Assembly: GCA_964016885.1 (NCBI GenBank)
Contig: OZ024740.1
Span: forward strand, 332,568,001-332,632,000
From: Eledone cirrhosa
Taxonomy: Eukaryota
Direction of reading: 5' to 3'
DNA: 64,000 nt
Below, piece after piece: positions 28,389-42,700 of this stretch (positions are counted from its first letter, which is position 1; every line of letters starts with the position of its first letter). A program made the translations under genes and the position numbers. Below the pieces are notes generated by a model that had not been told where the DNA came from, did not search any database, and saw only the letters and a list, made by a program, of their open reading frames with translations.

Positions 28389-28854
28389 GGCGTTCAATAA
28401 CTGGGTAAGTTATTAGGAAAACGGAAGGAAGGAAATGGCGAATTGCAGTTATGCATCTGTAATCAACTGTTCAGAGTGCATACGTTTAGTTTACTGTTGA
28501 CAGTTGGCTGGGTATAGTTAGAGATAGGTGTAATCATCTCTCTCCCGGACGATCGTTTGTGTGTAAAATCACGAAAAATCAGTGGATATTTGCGTAATCG
28601 GGCTATTACACTCTTCAGCAGGAATTGCCCAAAATTATACGATAGGTTCTGTGTGTTGTGAGCTAGCCCTCACATCCTGGATAAGCTATCTAGCAGTTCA
28701 GGCAGTCCCCCACTCCACCTCTAATGAAAAGTGGAAGAATTTCGTGCAGACTATAACACGTGATTTGGGTAGTTGAATTCGAACAAAGGACTATGACTCT
28801 ATATATATAGATATATAGATAACTCCCTATATATATATAGATATATAGATAACT

Positions 28855-28900
<46 letters not shown>

Positions 28901-29177
28901 GGAAAAATTGAAAGGAAATTTCATTTCCCACTCTTAGTACGGCTGTTACTTAAATATAAGTATGTACACGTACATACATATATACATATATGTATACAGA
29001 CGTACAGTAGTATATATATATATATATATATACATACATGCACACATATATATATATGTACGTATGGATTCACCGAACATTTATTATAATGCTCGGTGTG
29101 TTTGTAAACAAACATCCCGTATTAAGCCGTAGTGTCTAGCAACCATCGTTGCTCGTTTGTTCAACACTGACAAAGGA

Positions 29178-29220
29178 ACGCTGTACTAGTTTCAAGCTTA
29201 TTAGCTATCGTCAGCAACGT
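29178..29220 (-). ncRNA. Minimal hammerhead ribozyme (array copy 1; copy 2 at 29613-29655 -)
   Basis: acgttg-CTGACGA-t-agct-aata-agct-t-GAAA-ctag-TA-cagcgt. Confidence 0.88.
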
Positions 29221-30596
29221 ATACCTTCTTGCCAGATTGTTGAATATATATACTTACCTTATGCATATTAACAGCTGAGTAGCCCAATTTGCATATCGAG
29301 TGGGTTAATCGGCCGGGTGCGCCGAAAAGGATAAACGAAAAAAATGGTAAAAATGAAACGAAATTTCATTTCCCACACTTAGTACGGCTGTTACTTAAAT
29401 ATAAATATGTACACGTACATACATATATGTATACAGACGTACAGTAGTATGTATATATATATATATACATACATGCACACATATATACATATGTACGTAT
29501 GGATTCACCGAACATTTATTATAATGCTCGGTGTGTTTGTAAACAAACATCCCATATTAAGCCGTAGTGTCTAGCAACCATCGTTGCTCGTTTGTTCAAC
29601 AATGACAATGGAACGCTGTACTAGTTTCAAGCTTATTAGCTATCGTCAGCAACGTATACCTTCCTGCCAGATTGTTGAACGTATATACTTACCTTATGCA
29701 TATTAACGCTGATTAGCCCAATTTGCATATCGAGTGGGTTAATCGGCCGGGTGCACCGATTGCTGACGATAGCTAATAAGCTTGAAACTAGTACAGCGTT
29801 CCTTTGTCAGTTTTGAACAAACAAGCAACGATGGTTGCTAGACACTACGGCTTAATACGGGATGTTTGTTTACAAACACACCGAGCATTATAATAAATGT
29901 TTGGTGAATCCATACGTACATATATATATATTTCCATGTATGTATATATATATATACATACTACTGTACGTCTGTATACATATATGTATGTACGTGTACA
30001 TACTTATATTTAAGTAACAGCCGTACTAAGAGTGGGAAATGAAATTTCGTTTCATTATTCCCGTTTATGGTTTTCGGTGCACCCGGCCGATTAACCCACT
30101 CGATATGCAAATTGGGCTACTCAGCCGTTAATATGCATAAGGTAAGTATATACGTTCAACAATCTGGCAGGAAGGTAAACGTTGCTGACGATAGCTAACA
30201 AGCTTGAATTGAGTACAGCGTTCCTTTGTCAGTGTTGAACAAACGAGCAACGATGGTTGCTAGACACTACGGCTTAATACGGGATGTTTGTTTACAAACA
30301 CACCAAGCATTATAATAAATGTTCGGTTAATCCATACGCACATATATATGTGTGTGCATGTATGTATATATATTTACATACTACTGTACGTCTCTATACA
30401 TATATGTATGTACGTGTACATACTTATATTTAAGTAACAGCCGTACTAAGAGTGGGAAATGAAATTTCGTTTCATTTTTTCCGTTTATCGTTTTCGGTGC
30501 ACCCGGCCGATTAACCCACGCGATATGCAAATTGGGCTACTCAGCCGTTAATATGCATAAGGTATGTATATACGTTCAACAATCTGGTAGGAAGGT

Positions 30597-30643
30597 ATAC
30601 GTTGCTGACGATAGCTAATAAGCTTGAAACTAGTACAGCGTAT
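30597..30643 (+). ncRNA. Minimal hammerhead ribozyme (array copy 5; copy 3 at 29760-29799; core-mutated copy 4 at 30178-30222)
   Basis: Stem I atacgttg/cagcgtat; CTGACGA 30605-30611; GAAA 30626-30629; palindromic stem III ACTAGT; GUA triplet. Confidence 0.9.
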
Positions 30644-30843
30644 CTTTGTCAGTGTTGGACCATCGAGCAACGATGGTTGCTAGACACTACGGCTTAATAC
30701 GGGATGTTTGTTTGCAAAAACACCGAGCATGATAATAAATGTTCGGTGAATCCATACGTTCATATATATATGTGTGCATGTATGTATATATATATACATA
30801 CTACTGTACCTCTGTACACATATATGTATGTACGTGTATATAG

Positions 30844-30882
<39 letters not shown>

Positions 30883-30886
30883 CAAA

Positions 30887-30985
<99 letters not shown>

Positions 30986-33679
30986 GTATATGTATGTATG
31001 CGTGTGTATGTGTGTGTGTGTGTGTGTGTGTCTGTGTGTGTATCTGTGTATGCATGTATATATTCAAACTATGTAAACTGTTATTAATTGAGAAATAAAT
31101 GTTTTCATTTAATATCTTTAAAAAATATAAATGAATCTTTTGGAGCTAAAAGCACGTAAACATTATTGCATGACAATATTGTTTCTTTATTCATGGAAAT
31201 ATCGTGTTTTATTCATTTCTTTAAAGAACAAACAACTATTTCAACTAATTTGTAAACATTCAGTGATAAAATTTTCCATTTGTCATTGACTAGCGTAGTT
31301 GCTTATTTTCTCCATTATATTCATGGTTCTTTAAATAAGGCCATGAACTTTATTTTATATATATTTTCTTATTTGTATATTTCAGGTTTTATTTGAATTT
31401 ACTCTTCAGTTCCTGATTTCTTCAATTCGATTCTAAATGTTTCTCTAATTTGGTGGAAAAAGAAAATTTAATTTTCTTTTGTTTTCAGTGAGTTCTTATA
31501 CTTGCAATTTATCATTTTGTTCTATGAATTATGGTAATGCGTCTGCTTGAAATTTTCTCTGTATTTCTCATTTCACTTTCCAAAACGTTGCGTTTATTAA
31601 ATTTAATATTCTTAATTGAATTTGCATGCTTTTATTCATTGATTCTGTGCTGTATGAGCACATAGGAAAACATCAACAGCAGTTATCTTACATGTATATT
31701 GGTGGAAACTACATTTGACATCTTACGTCTGAAATTCTCAAAACCTTTATTATAATGATGTAGTAGTTATTCTAAATATAGATTTATAGGTGTAAGCTGT
31801 TTATAAAGATATAAAGCCTCTTCTTTTTATTGATTAAGAATGCTTTTATACATCATTACCTATTTATAACATACATCAACTTATGATTCGTCCCCTATAT
31901 ATATATATATATATCCATTACATTCAAGTTGTTATGCACAACCTGAACTGGTTGACATAGAATTACAGTAATCTAATCCTAATCATGCCTTGTAACTTTT
32001 ATGCTTTTCATCCACTTGCGAGACTTATAATACCTTCAAATACTGTATTAAGAATTAGAAAAATTTATTTTAAAGACAATTACATACATAGAAGTCACGA
32101 CATTCCATTATTGTCATCAATCTACTTATCTGAAAGTATTGCAAGAATATCCGTTTAATACTAACCTCTATTTCAAGAATGGAAGGTAGAGAAATTAGAG
32201 CTAAATTTCCACGCATTCGTTGATCTAACGATTATATACTATTTACAATTGGATGTGAGTAAATGTGTGCTTACAGTGGGTTTTCTCCTCGAAATGATTG
32301 AAGTACTGGATAGTTTTAAACAATGTTTAATGAAGGGTATTCTTGGTGTCAACAATACTTTATTGATAACTTGTTTATGCAATATCCAATAGGCGAGGAT
32401 GACCTTGTACAAACATTGATAATCAATGTAGAATAAGAGTGGCAGTGCAGAGTTCTGAGATTTGAGAGATATAGAAATACCAGTCACGTCACATTCCCAT
32501 AATTCACATCCCACTGTCTTAAAATGGAAGAAAACATTTTCCCCGGATACAAAAAAAAAAAAAAAAAAAAAAAAAAAAGAAATGACGGCCACGGATATGA
32601 CTTCGTGTGCAAAAAGTGATCGGAAGCTATACAATTACATATATAAGCATGTACATCATGTGTGAATATTTAAGGAAAAACGAATTATATACATCCTGTT
32701 ACTTGTTGAAATAATTTTCTTATCATTATATGCGATGAGGTATATCAAGCTACTGGAAATAGACGACGCATAACCCACAGAACACGTGAATACAGGTCGC
32801 AAGGTCTCTAAAGAAAGAGACCTTGCGTCAATACAGTCCTTAACATAAAGGAAAACTCAATAGTTATGTCCGGAATACATTTGATCACAGGCCTTACCAT
32901 ACATGCTGTGCGAACAAAGTTCTGTGTCTTAAGAGAGATTTAAGCAATATAACTTCTGTAATATAAGAATAGTTTACCTTTCAGGCATAGCAACTTATTG
33001 CACTGTATTTGCACAGAATATCTATTATCCTTTTTTCTATATTTCGTATTTAAATTAGACTGGATAATGTTTCTTGTAGAGATTCTAATTAAATTCTAGT
33101 GTCACTTTCTCGATATATTTCCTGTGTATAAGATTAAATAGACCGAAGGAAACCATTCAAGTTAACTTAAAGTCAAAATGTGTGTGAGACTCAATGCCAC
33201 AACATACGAACAGTATCTTTAACATTTATTAATAAGGTTCTGGATTAACATCAGTTTGTGATATCTTGCAATGTTGGAATTAAGATATAGACAGGGATAT
33301 AAATAGTTTGTCATACGGAATATATATCAAACTACATGATAATCATAATCATCTCAATACAATGTGAACAAATTCCGGTGTGCCTTTGATACATGTATAA
33401 TCAATCAAATGCATTGTTGTCAGAATAATCATCTGGTTACACTTTAAGCAGTACTTCGGACATACGAGACTGTGTGTGTAAAACAATCAAACAATAGCTT
33501 TTATGAGGCGTTAAGCAACTTTGAATTTTGAAAGTATGTTTAACTATTGTAAGGCCCTATAAGGCAAGTTCACCAATGAAAAAGGTAACACAATGTCAAA
33601 TAAGCCCCTAGTAACGAAAAAAGGGGACGGTATGGGTACGTGTCCTTGCTTGAAGGTGAGGCTTAAAATACCGAGTAAG

Positions 33680-35050
33680 TAATCAGCGAAAATTCTTGCC
33701 ATAATATAATCCTACAAACCTCCCGACTATTTGCAAGTGAGCAGATTTTCATGCATGCAACTGCAACAACGTATTAGCAGTTAGATTCCAGAGATTTACT
33801 TGTCCATATACGCCAAGGTTTTCGACTCCAGAAAATGGAAGTGGAACGAAACGTGGTGCAATCCACCTTACAACTCATATACTTCGGCGCGACTACACAT
33901 CGACATGATCCAAAAGTATTTCCAACAACAACATCGTTACAGCAAAATGACCATAACAAACAGCCTGGGGTCAACTTATTAATGACATCGAACGCTAACC
34001 AAACAACGTGCCATCCAACCGGGTAAAAGTTTTTAAAATCTCCTGAAACTGTAAGAAATCCTGACACTTCTATATTTCAAACTACAATTACGGACATTGT
34101 CCATTGTGTTTTCTGGCTTATCAACATCTCATATAAATGTAACGTAACTACCAACACGATAAAAGTGACCAGTGAGAATAGATTCTAATCTTGTCATACG
34201 CAAATACATATTCTTTTCGACCCCAGAAAGAAAACACATGTAATCACATTCCCTAGCCAGCTATGGAGGCTGTGGGGCAGAACGATACCTTACAGTCTTA
34301 CACGAAACATTATTACTAAGTCGCAACTTTACACCGGGGTTGGTTGGCCTTCTTATTTATGCTGCGCATTTAATTTGCCGACGGCCATCTAATTTATAAG
34401 AAAACTGATAGGTTACCAAATACATGCAAAAGATATTCATGTCATACTGTCAATGTAGCCCAATGCATTTCTAGAGAATAACACATTTTATCTCTTCTGA
34501 GAGCATTACTTTCTGAGCTTATGTATAAGACTTTTCGTTCAGTGACTGTTTGCGATAATGCTGCGCAATTTCAATGTTCCAAGGATCAGCTTCTATACTC
34601 TGTGGTTAGTATATGTTGTTCAATGTATATAATGCGAAATTCAATAACTGTTTGAGAAGAAATTAAACCTCTGCCGACCTGTTTACTTTTTACGTGGAGC
34701 CCGTCTATGTTACTGCTGGGAAAATATCCGTTGTCACTTAGAATGCTTTTTGGTTATATCAGAAATAACTCGAGCATACATATACAAGTAAAACAAACAC
34801 ATTGAGGTCCAGAATATTCTTGCACGCTGAGATCCAAATTCCGTATTTATCCGAATATTATATTCCTTGGTTATTCCGTCCTCTTTAAAAATTCCATAAT
34901 AGGATATATTTTCATCAACCGATAAATATATATAGGATTCCTCGATAGACACCGGTGAAACAGTCAGACCAACGATGGAGAATTGATAAATTGGTTCGTA
35001 GTTTACCTTCTCTTTACAATCATATACGAACATTTATTTTATAAGTATTT
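33680..35050 (-). pseudogene. Decayed R4/Dong-like (RLE) non-LTR retrotransposon, RT thumb and downstream region
   Basis: EESYIYLSVDENISYYG...ITKEYNIR resembles ESYKYLGIxE...KEYxxR; DGLHVKSKQVGRGL resembles DRLYLPRxxGGRGL. Boundaries approximate. Confidence 0.6.
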
Positions 35051-35600
35051 TAGCTTTTTCAAATATTACACTTTTTGTTAGTTTAACATGACTGCTAGTG
35101 ATAGATAGCTTCCATCATGCGGACGGCGGGAGTGGGAAGCATGATAAGACACTGAAAAACCTCGCTGAAAATAAAATTATATCTCTACAAAAAATAACAT
35201 ATATAAATATATACACATCTACTTTCGAGGCATGTAAAGATGCCAGAAAATACTTACGAACTACTATGCTAATTGAAAATATGATAACCATCTTTAATAA
35301 ATGTCCATATCTTATTGGAACCTCATCAGAAGACCTGTATATCATCCAATCAATTACAAGGGAAAATGTTTTTGATGTGTATATATATATCCTGTCCTTT
35401 TCGCTTTTAGTATAATTCTGAAATGGACAAACTCGGTTACACTTCCTGTATTTATATAGGTGTAACTTAATTCCTCACTTCGGCTCCTATCACATTTCTC
35501 ACTATATAACCTAGCTGAAACACCACCAATATCTTGCCATTTTTATCATGTTGCTTTCACCTCTTTATAATTCTTACCCCTCTCATCTCATATCCTACAC

Positions 35601-35737
35601 CAAGCATGGCCAACTTTTTGTTGAACTGTAGGTCGCATAGGATGTGACTCATCATAAGGCGGGCCGCGCTGCTGAAACATCCAAGGCAATATTAACATTA
35701 GACGTACCATTCAGAAAGCCAAACTTGCCCATGTCTG
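35601..35737. mobile_element. Small hAT (Charlie-like) MITE
   Basis: Imperfect TIRs caagcatggccaact / acttgcccatgtctg; degenerate 8-bp TSD tcctacac / ttctatat fitting NTCTANAN. Confidence 0.5.
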
Positions 35738-37867
35738 TTCTATATCATATGTTCTGAGGTACAAATTCCGGTTAACTACAAGTAGTCACCCACACTGAAA
35801 ATAGAGCATTCAATACTTACGTCATTGGATTGATCTGACTCACTAGTTGTCGCCTCGTTGTGTCCGGCCTTGACATTGACCATGACCAGCATTAAACATT
35901 TCGACCTCATGCACCGGTTAAATATGGATATATTTACGTTTAAGTTAAGACAATTGTCAGTCTTAGTTACACACACACACATACACATACGCACACACAC
36001 ACGCACACACACACGCGCACACACACATACACACACATACACACACACACACTCACACATACACACACACACACAGACACACACACACAGAGGCACACAC
36101 ACATATATATTCATACGATTTATTTTCTGATTATATTAGAAACATAGCATTATGAAAGCGTGAATTGTTAAACAGTTGAAAAATCATGTCTTTGATCTAT
36201 TGGAATCAATATCATTGTAACACACATAAGAGAACACTTTATCGTATTAATTATTCACATAATATCGAATTTCCCTCCTATTCCTTCCTCTTTGTCTACT
36301 TTAATACTTTATAGGTTCTCAAAATTCAAATATTCAAAATGTCTCACATAACGACCCAGTGAGACATAACCTATGACAATCCAAATACATGATCTTTACG
36401 ATATTCTATTATTAATGAATTAACATTGCGAAACATGTATTTTCTCGGGGAGAACAAAACTGATGTGGGATTCCAGATTTATTTTAATGAATATGAATTT
36501 AGTTTGTTATAGAAGTCTACATTGCTTCCAGCTCAAATAAAAGAACTGATTTCCGAACATCCGCGCTTTACTGAATTGCATAGAGGTGAATGTGTAAGGT
36601 GATGCAAATAATGGAAAGGTTATTCCATATTTCCGACATTAAATTTAATATCTACAGTGGTAATAATAAACTATTTTATAGGAAACATTATTTCTTTCTA
36701 TTTATTTCGTAGCTAATGTTGTTTATCTTATGTTAATTTTTGCCAAATAAACCAAGGAACGAACGCGTTACATCATTAGTCTTACAATTATTATTTCATA
36801 AAACATTGCATTTAGCCTGTAATATTACCTTCAACTTTAAAAAGGATGTTACTATTGCAGGTTTGTAACAAACAAGGCATGTAATACTAACGTACACAAC
36901 ATCATGTTTGTTTCGCTATGCTTTTCGATATTTCTGCCGATTCCTATTGATAGAGTACAACTCCTTTCGAGTCAAGAGGCCGGATTTGAATAGGAATATA
37001 TAATGACAGGTGTTCTACCATTAGTATACTAACGTTTTATCAGATGTGGCGTATTTCTATATTATATGGGTAGTATTTAGGTTAACGTCACATAAATTTT
37101 AAATCAAATATATTTAGATAATTACCTATAATGATATTTATATGTAGCCCTTTCAATATGAAGATGAATTACAGTCAAATAGTATCTATTATGTGGTAAT
37201 TTATATTTCGTAGGAAGAATAGTTTCTCACCACAGTAGAGAAACATACAGAAGGAAATCAGACGCGAACTAAGTCCTCGATATGTTTACATGCACCTTAG
37301 GAATCATCAGATCCATTATTAGATGCAAGAACTATAATACAATTATAACTCTTTTTTCTCATCTTACTCCTTCCACTGTTTACAGAGACTTATGAAATGG
37401 TCATGCATATATGCGATACATACCCCAATGACATTAGAGACGTCAGCAAGCACAGCAAAATAAGAAGCGTTTTCTCCATATGCTTCGAGCCATCATGAAT
37501 AATGTTACCCACTATTTTCACCTCCCCAAAAACAAAGTATTATGAAACTTGAAGCAACCCAGATGTCATTTACACAAACGATAGATGCATTTTCAGGCCT
37601 TGACTATTACAGTCCACAAGAAAAACGCCAATTCTACATGATCCAAAGCCACTGAGAAAGATACATCATTTGTATGATGTGAAAAATATTGTATCAACAT
37701 CGTCCAAATGATGTTTTCATCAATTCTAAAAGCACACTGATGCTCGGGATCCATGTTATCCGTGAAGTAGAAAAATTGAACACGTGTCTCATAACTACAC
37801 TAAAACAAATCTATGTCACCTCAACTGCTCCCACACACTTTAGTAATTTGATAATTATATATTCACG

Positions 37868-38262
<395 letters not shown>

Positions 38263-38354
38263 ATATATATATAAAAGGTAGTACACTGGAAGGTAATATC
38301 CGTAGTAATAGACCACTCAGTCCATGGGTCTAGTTTGGTAGAAGTAGTAACATA

Positions 38355-38406
38355 ACCGTCCGAGCTGATGATCCGCAGAAGGTGAAACAATTGTTCTCGG
38401 TATGGT
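38355..38406 (+). ncRNA. Minimal type I hammerhead ribozyme in a solo pLTR (38273-38432)
   Basis: accgt-ccgag-CTGATGA(38365-38371)-t-cc-gcagaa-gg-t-GAAA-caattg-TT-ctcgg-t-atggt. Palindromic stem III ACAATTGT, GUU triplet. Confidence 0.85.
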
Positions 38407-38427
38407 GAATTAACTGCTGTGTTCCTA

Positions 38428-38725
<298 letters not shown>

Positions 38726-39032
38726 TCCCCTCTGCTACTTACCCTCTCTCGGCAGGCTCTTCCTCACACCCTCACTCACTCAGTCTCTGCTACTCAGCCT
38801 CTCTCACTCCCACTCGTCTGACCCGTGTGAAATCCTTTTTTCGCTCACATTTCGCATAGCTTGGATGCGTATTTTGTTTTCTCGTCAATGATGCGCAGAT
38901 CTTATGTTCACTTGTATCACTGACTTGATGTTTCACCCTTTACGTTGCCTTACACATCTTGTTTGTTTACATGTCTCTCTTTCTCCACCCAATTCTTTTT
39001 ATCCCGATATTTTTATTTAGTTATTGCTCGCG

Positions 39033-39111
39033 CTGGCCTGAGGTATATGATCTTTAATGCGAAGAAATACCTATGATGGCCAGTAGATCACTGATGACGG
39101 ATAGTCCTCGC
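39033..39111 (+). ncRNA. Candidate non-circularly permuted hammerhead, copy C (different repeat family; insert 38725-39135)
   Basis: ctggcctg-AGGTAT-A-TGATCT-ttaat-GCGA-a-GAA-ATACCT-atgatggccagt-AGATCA-CTGATGA-cggatagtcc-TCGC. Confidence 0.7.
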
Positions 39112-39144
39112 TTCTTACTATATTGTTTAATTCATATATATATA

Positions 39145-39233
<89 letters not shown>

Positions 39234-39593
39234 GTTTATATAGGGAGTGTGTGTGTAAGTGTGGGTGTATGTAAGTAAAAATCTATATACATGTACATCG
39301 ATGTACATCTATATACATGTCTATCGATATGTCTGTGCCATTGCGTGTGTGTGCAATAACCTTTTGTCATAAAGCCAAATGTTGTTTTTAAACAAGGTAA
39401 GTTATCAGACATAAGATAACTGATATTTAATTTTAGATATATTATCTTATAAATCATTTACACCAGCGTAAACACATATACATATGCTGTAATATATCTG
39501 TGCATATAAGCATAGATTTATGTGTACCCATAAATTGAGAAGCGATGCGAACAGATATAAACATACATTGATGCCTGTGTTTGTGTTATTTAT

Positions 39594-39713
<120 letters not shown>

Positions 39714-39834
39714 AATTGTGTGCGTATGCGTGCCTCCGTACGTCTGTGTGTGTGTGTGTGTGAGAGAGAGTGTGTTTAGTGTGTCTACTTGATTTATATA
39801 TTTTTATGTATATCATTTCATAATTCTATGAAAT

Positions 39835-39904
<70 letters not shown>

Positions 39905-39905
<1 letters not shown>

Positions 39906-40142
39906 GTGAAGACTAAAATCCAAAGAGGGCTCGATAGGGATAAATATATATCAAATATATAAGAACCATAGAGCAAATATTTATTAAAATAACAGATTAA
40001 AGTTTAAGCAAAGAATCGCTGCTTTTACCCTTAACGGGATCTTCTAAAGCTAAAAAAATCAATCTGTGAACGCAGAAGTATATATTTCGAAAAATGATGC
40101 AACCGAAAGAAAACAGGAAGACGATACTTTGGTTCGTGAAGA
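39905..40142 (-). mobile_element. Solo pLTR fragment of the main PLE family
   Basis: Reverse complement of ~18755-18990; sits between (TA)n tracts. Confidence 0.85.
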
Positions 40143-40444
40143 CGTATATATATATATATGCCATGCCGTGGGGGCTTGGGAGAAGGGTTAGCATTTACCA
40201 TTTTTGTGTTACCTACCGTATGAAAGGCTTACCAGCACGGACATTGGAGATCGGGATACCATGTGTCTCCTTCCTTCCTTCCCATTTGTCAGGCTCTACC
40301 GCCTCCAAATTAGAAAGGAAGCTTGTGACCTCCACGCGATGTTTAATGATTTCGTCGAGCGCAACATGATGACGGCACTATAACGCCATGATCGACAACC
40401 GTACGAAGTACATCTCTTATGCCTTAGAATATGCCTTTAGTTAC

Positions 40445-40477
<33 letters not shown>

Positions 40478-41219
40478 TATATATACATACCAAATATTCA
40501 ATTTCACAACAATGTGATTTTAATGAATTACAAAGCGAACATTTTAAAAATTAGTAACATGAATTCTACTACAGTAAACACTGATGTCTACTGTGTAGAA
40601 TGCAAAACGTTTATATTGAGTTTGTTCCTGTCAAAGTCACTGAATGTCTCAAACGTCAAAGTATTATAACTAGAAGAAAATGAACATAATGTTTGATATA
40701 TCTACATTAACAATCAGCAGATGCAAGTGTCAGGAAGCACGGATGTCTGTCATCTTGTCAACATCTATAAGTTTACGGGCGAGTAAATTGAAATACTTTT
40801 AGGCAGGTTAAAAGCAATCGATCTATGATTATTCTATTAAATCAAACAACGTGAAATGGAGGTTGACTTGATATAGAAACAGATAAAATACCCATGACAC
40901 ACACACACACGTGCGTCCACGCACCCATATGTATGCGTGTGTGTGTAAACGTATGTATTTATAAATATCCTTTATTAAGGCCAATTTTTCATATGACCAG
41001 ACTAAATTTTCAGCGAATGAAGGGATTGTCAATATCGAAAAATACAACAATAGCAAAATACAAGGGCGGGGTATAAATGATATGGATGGAGTAAAGAATG
41101 AAGAAAAATAAAGGAGAAAAGATGAGGAACAGTGATAAACACACACACACACACACACACAGCCCCCCATCCCCCACCCCCCACACACATATGTATGTAC
41201 ATATATATAGATGTTGTCT

Positions 41220-41345
41220 AAGGGAAAGGCACCATTTATTTCTACAGCTTTGAGCTGGCGCAACGTGAAATAAAATGTTTTGCACAAAGACATTACGAAC
41301 CACCGCCCGGGCACCACATGATTGTGAATCTAACACACTAACAGA
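41220..41345 (-). mobile_element. SINE family B, decayed copy
   Basis: Reverse complement resembles 56300-56410 (gattcacaatc...ttttatttcacgttgc). Confidence 0.55.
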
Positions 41346-41391
41346 GTAGACATATACTTTCGTGTATATATATATATATATATATATACAT

Positions 41392-41642
41392 ACACTGTCA
41401 GCTAAAAAGTGACACAGAGGAGACTGAGGTCTGCTGGACATGCTCACCGACATCCAGAGTGGCCACTGTACTCAGTGCTCCTGTGAGAGGCCCTGCATGG
41501 ACACACTGGAAGAGGAACACCGAAGTTAACATATGATGATGCCCTAAGGACAGACACTGGTCTGTTGGATATGCAGGACATGGCAGCGATAATGAAGGAC
41601 CGTGACCGCTGGAGAGAACTCGTCCAGATATCTCGGGAATGT
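41392..41642 (+). pseudogene. 3' end of an RTE-clade LINE ORF2
   Basis: VTQRRLRSAGHAHRHPE..VLL*E..HG..GRGTPKLTYDDAL..DTGL...IMKDRDRWRELV: typical RTE C-terminal motifs. Confidence 0.8.
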
Positions 41643-41655
41643 TACCCCCCCCCCC

Positions 41656-41734
<79 letters not shown>

Positions 41735-42023
41735 CAAAGCGATCTTTAATTTTTTGGTAATTCAACAAATATATATATTTATAACTGATTTGAAGCACAC
41801 GACAGGATTTCTGGAGTATAATAAATGGAAACTATATTTATAAAACCATAGTTATTCTATTATATATATTTCAAGGGTACCAAAACTTTGGTACGCGCTC
41901 ATCAATATTTATAAAAGAAAGTTTGTTTTATAAATATTGACATTACCTGGATAGTATCCAGGTAAAGCTTGAACCGTGAAGGTCTCGTTTCTGGATATGT
42001 CAATATTTATAAAACAAACTTTG

Positions 42024-42078
42024 TATTTTATCTGATGAGCGCGTACCAAAGTTTAGGTACGCTTGAAATATATATAAT
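42024..42078 (+). ncRNA. Minimal hammerhead ribozyme interrupted just 3' of its cleavage site
   Basis: tattttat-CTGATGA(42032-42038)-gc-gcgtacc/ggtacgc-tt-GAAA-tatata-TA; the 3' stem I strand atagaa resumes after the SINE at 42278. Confidence 0.75.
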
Positions 42079-42263
42079 TGTTTCTACTTTTGGCACAATG
42101 CCAGCAATTACCCAGTGCATTACTGGTACTTTATTTTATCGACCCCGTAAGGATGAAAGGCAAAGTTAACCTTGGCGGGATTTGAACTCAGATCATAAAG
42201 CCGCGTAACTCTGTGGTGCAAATCATAGCGTCCGACCCTCTACCGATACTGCCAATCCAGCGC
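42077..42263 (-). mobile_element. SINE family A, full length, with 16-19-bp TSD
   Basis: cgcttgaaatatatataat duplicated at 42060-42078 and 42261-42279. Confidence 0.88.
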
Positions 42264-42700
42264 TTGAAATATATATAATAGAAGAAATATGGTTTTATTA
42301 ACATAGTTTCCATTTATTAATATCATTGATATATATATATCAATGATATTAATAAATGGAAACTATGTTAATAGTGTTTGCATAGCTACGGCTTCCTAAA
42401 TATTTCCTGTAAACATACCGTGTTTCTTTAGAAATACGGAATTTTTATACACACACACACACACATATATATATATATGGGATAACAAGTTATCGTTTTA
42501 GGTAATCCAGTTAGAGGTTGTGAGTACTCTGTACTATGGATAGTTTTAACGTACGGTGTTGTTTGACTCAACAAGAGGTTTCATTAGTTAGGTAGCGAGT
42601 TTGCGAGAATTCTGATGCACCTTATTTTTGGATTAATAGTAGTGAAAGTGTGAAGAATAAAATGATCGGCTGTACAAACAGGGTTTTATTTATAGTATTA

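Larger units (their letters stand above)
27668..28435 (-). mobile_element. Non-coding tandem pLTR/retrozyme-like unit (~560-bp period, ~200-bp direct repeats)
   Basis: 27670-27870 is repeated at 28222-28430. Each repeat carries the permuted HHR motif; the unit ends in (TA)n. Confidence 0.75.
28900..30840. mobile_element. Tandem/inverted array of a ~420-435-bp HHR-bearing unit (retrozyme/solo-pLTR-like)
   Basis: About two units on the minus strand (28900-29759), then about 2.6 units on the plus strand (29760-30840). HHR spacing 435, 422 and 420 bp; no ORF; flanked by (TA)n. Confidence 0.9.
41733..42373. mobile_element. Inverted/direct pLTR cluster with an HHR split by a SINE
   Basis: 41818-41903 is inverted relative to 42033-42320; terminal perfect palindrome ~42296-42373; sister fragment at 48300-48465. 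Confidence 0.75.

Noticed and set aside
28900-30840. CRISPR-like array or simple satellite
   Set aside because: No unique spacers; eukaryotic context; units are whole ~420-bp HHR-bearing repeats.
40335-40395. Possible third family of the permuted HHR (cgatgt-ttaat-gatt...acatgatga-c-ggc..gcc)
   Set aside because: No GAAA/stem III and an incomplete core; too degenerate to claim, though worth scoring once a covariance model exists.
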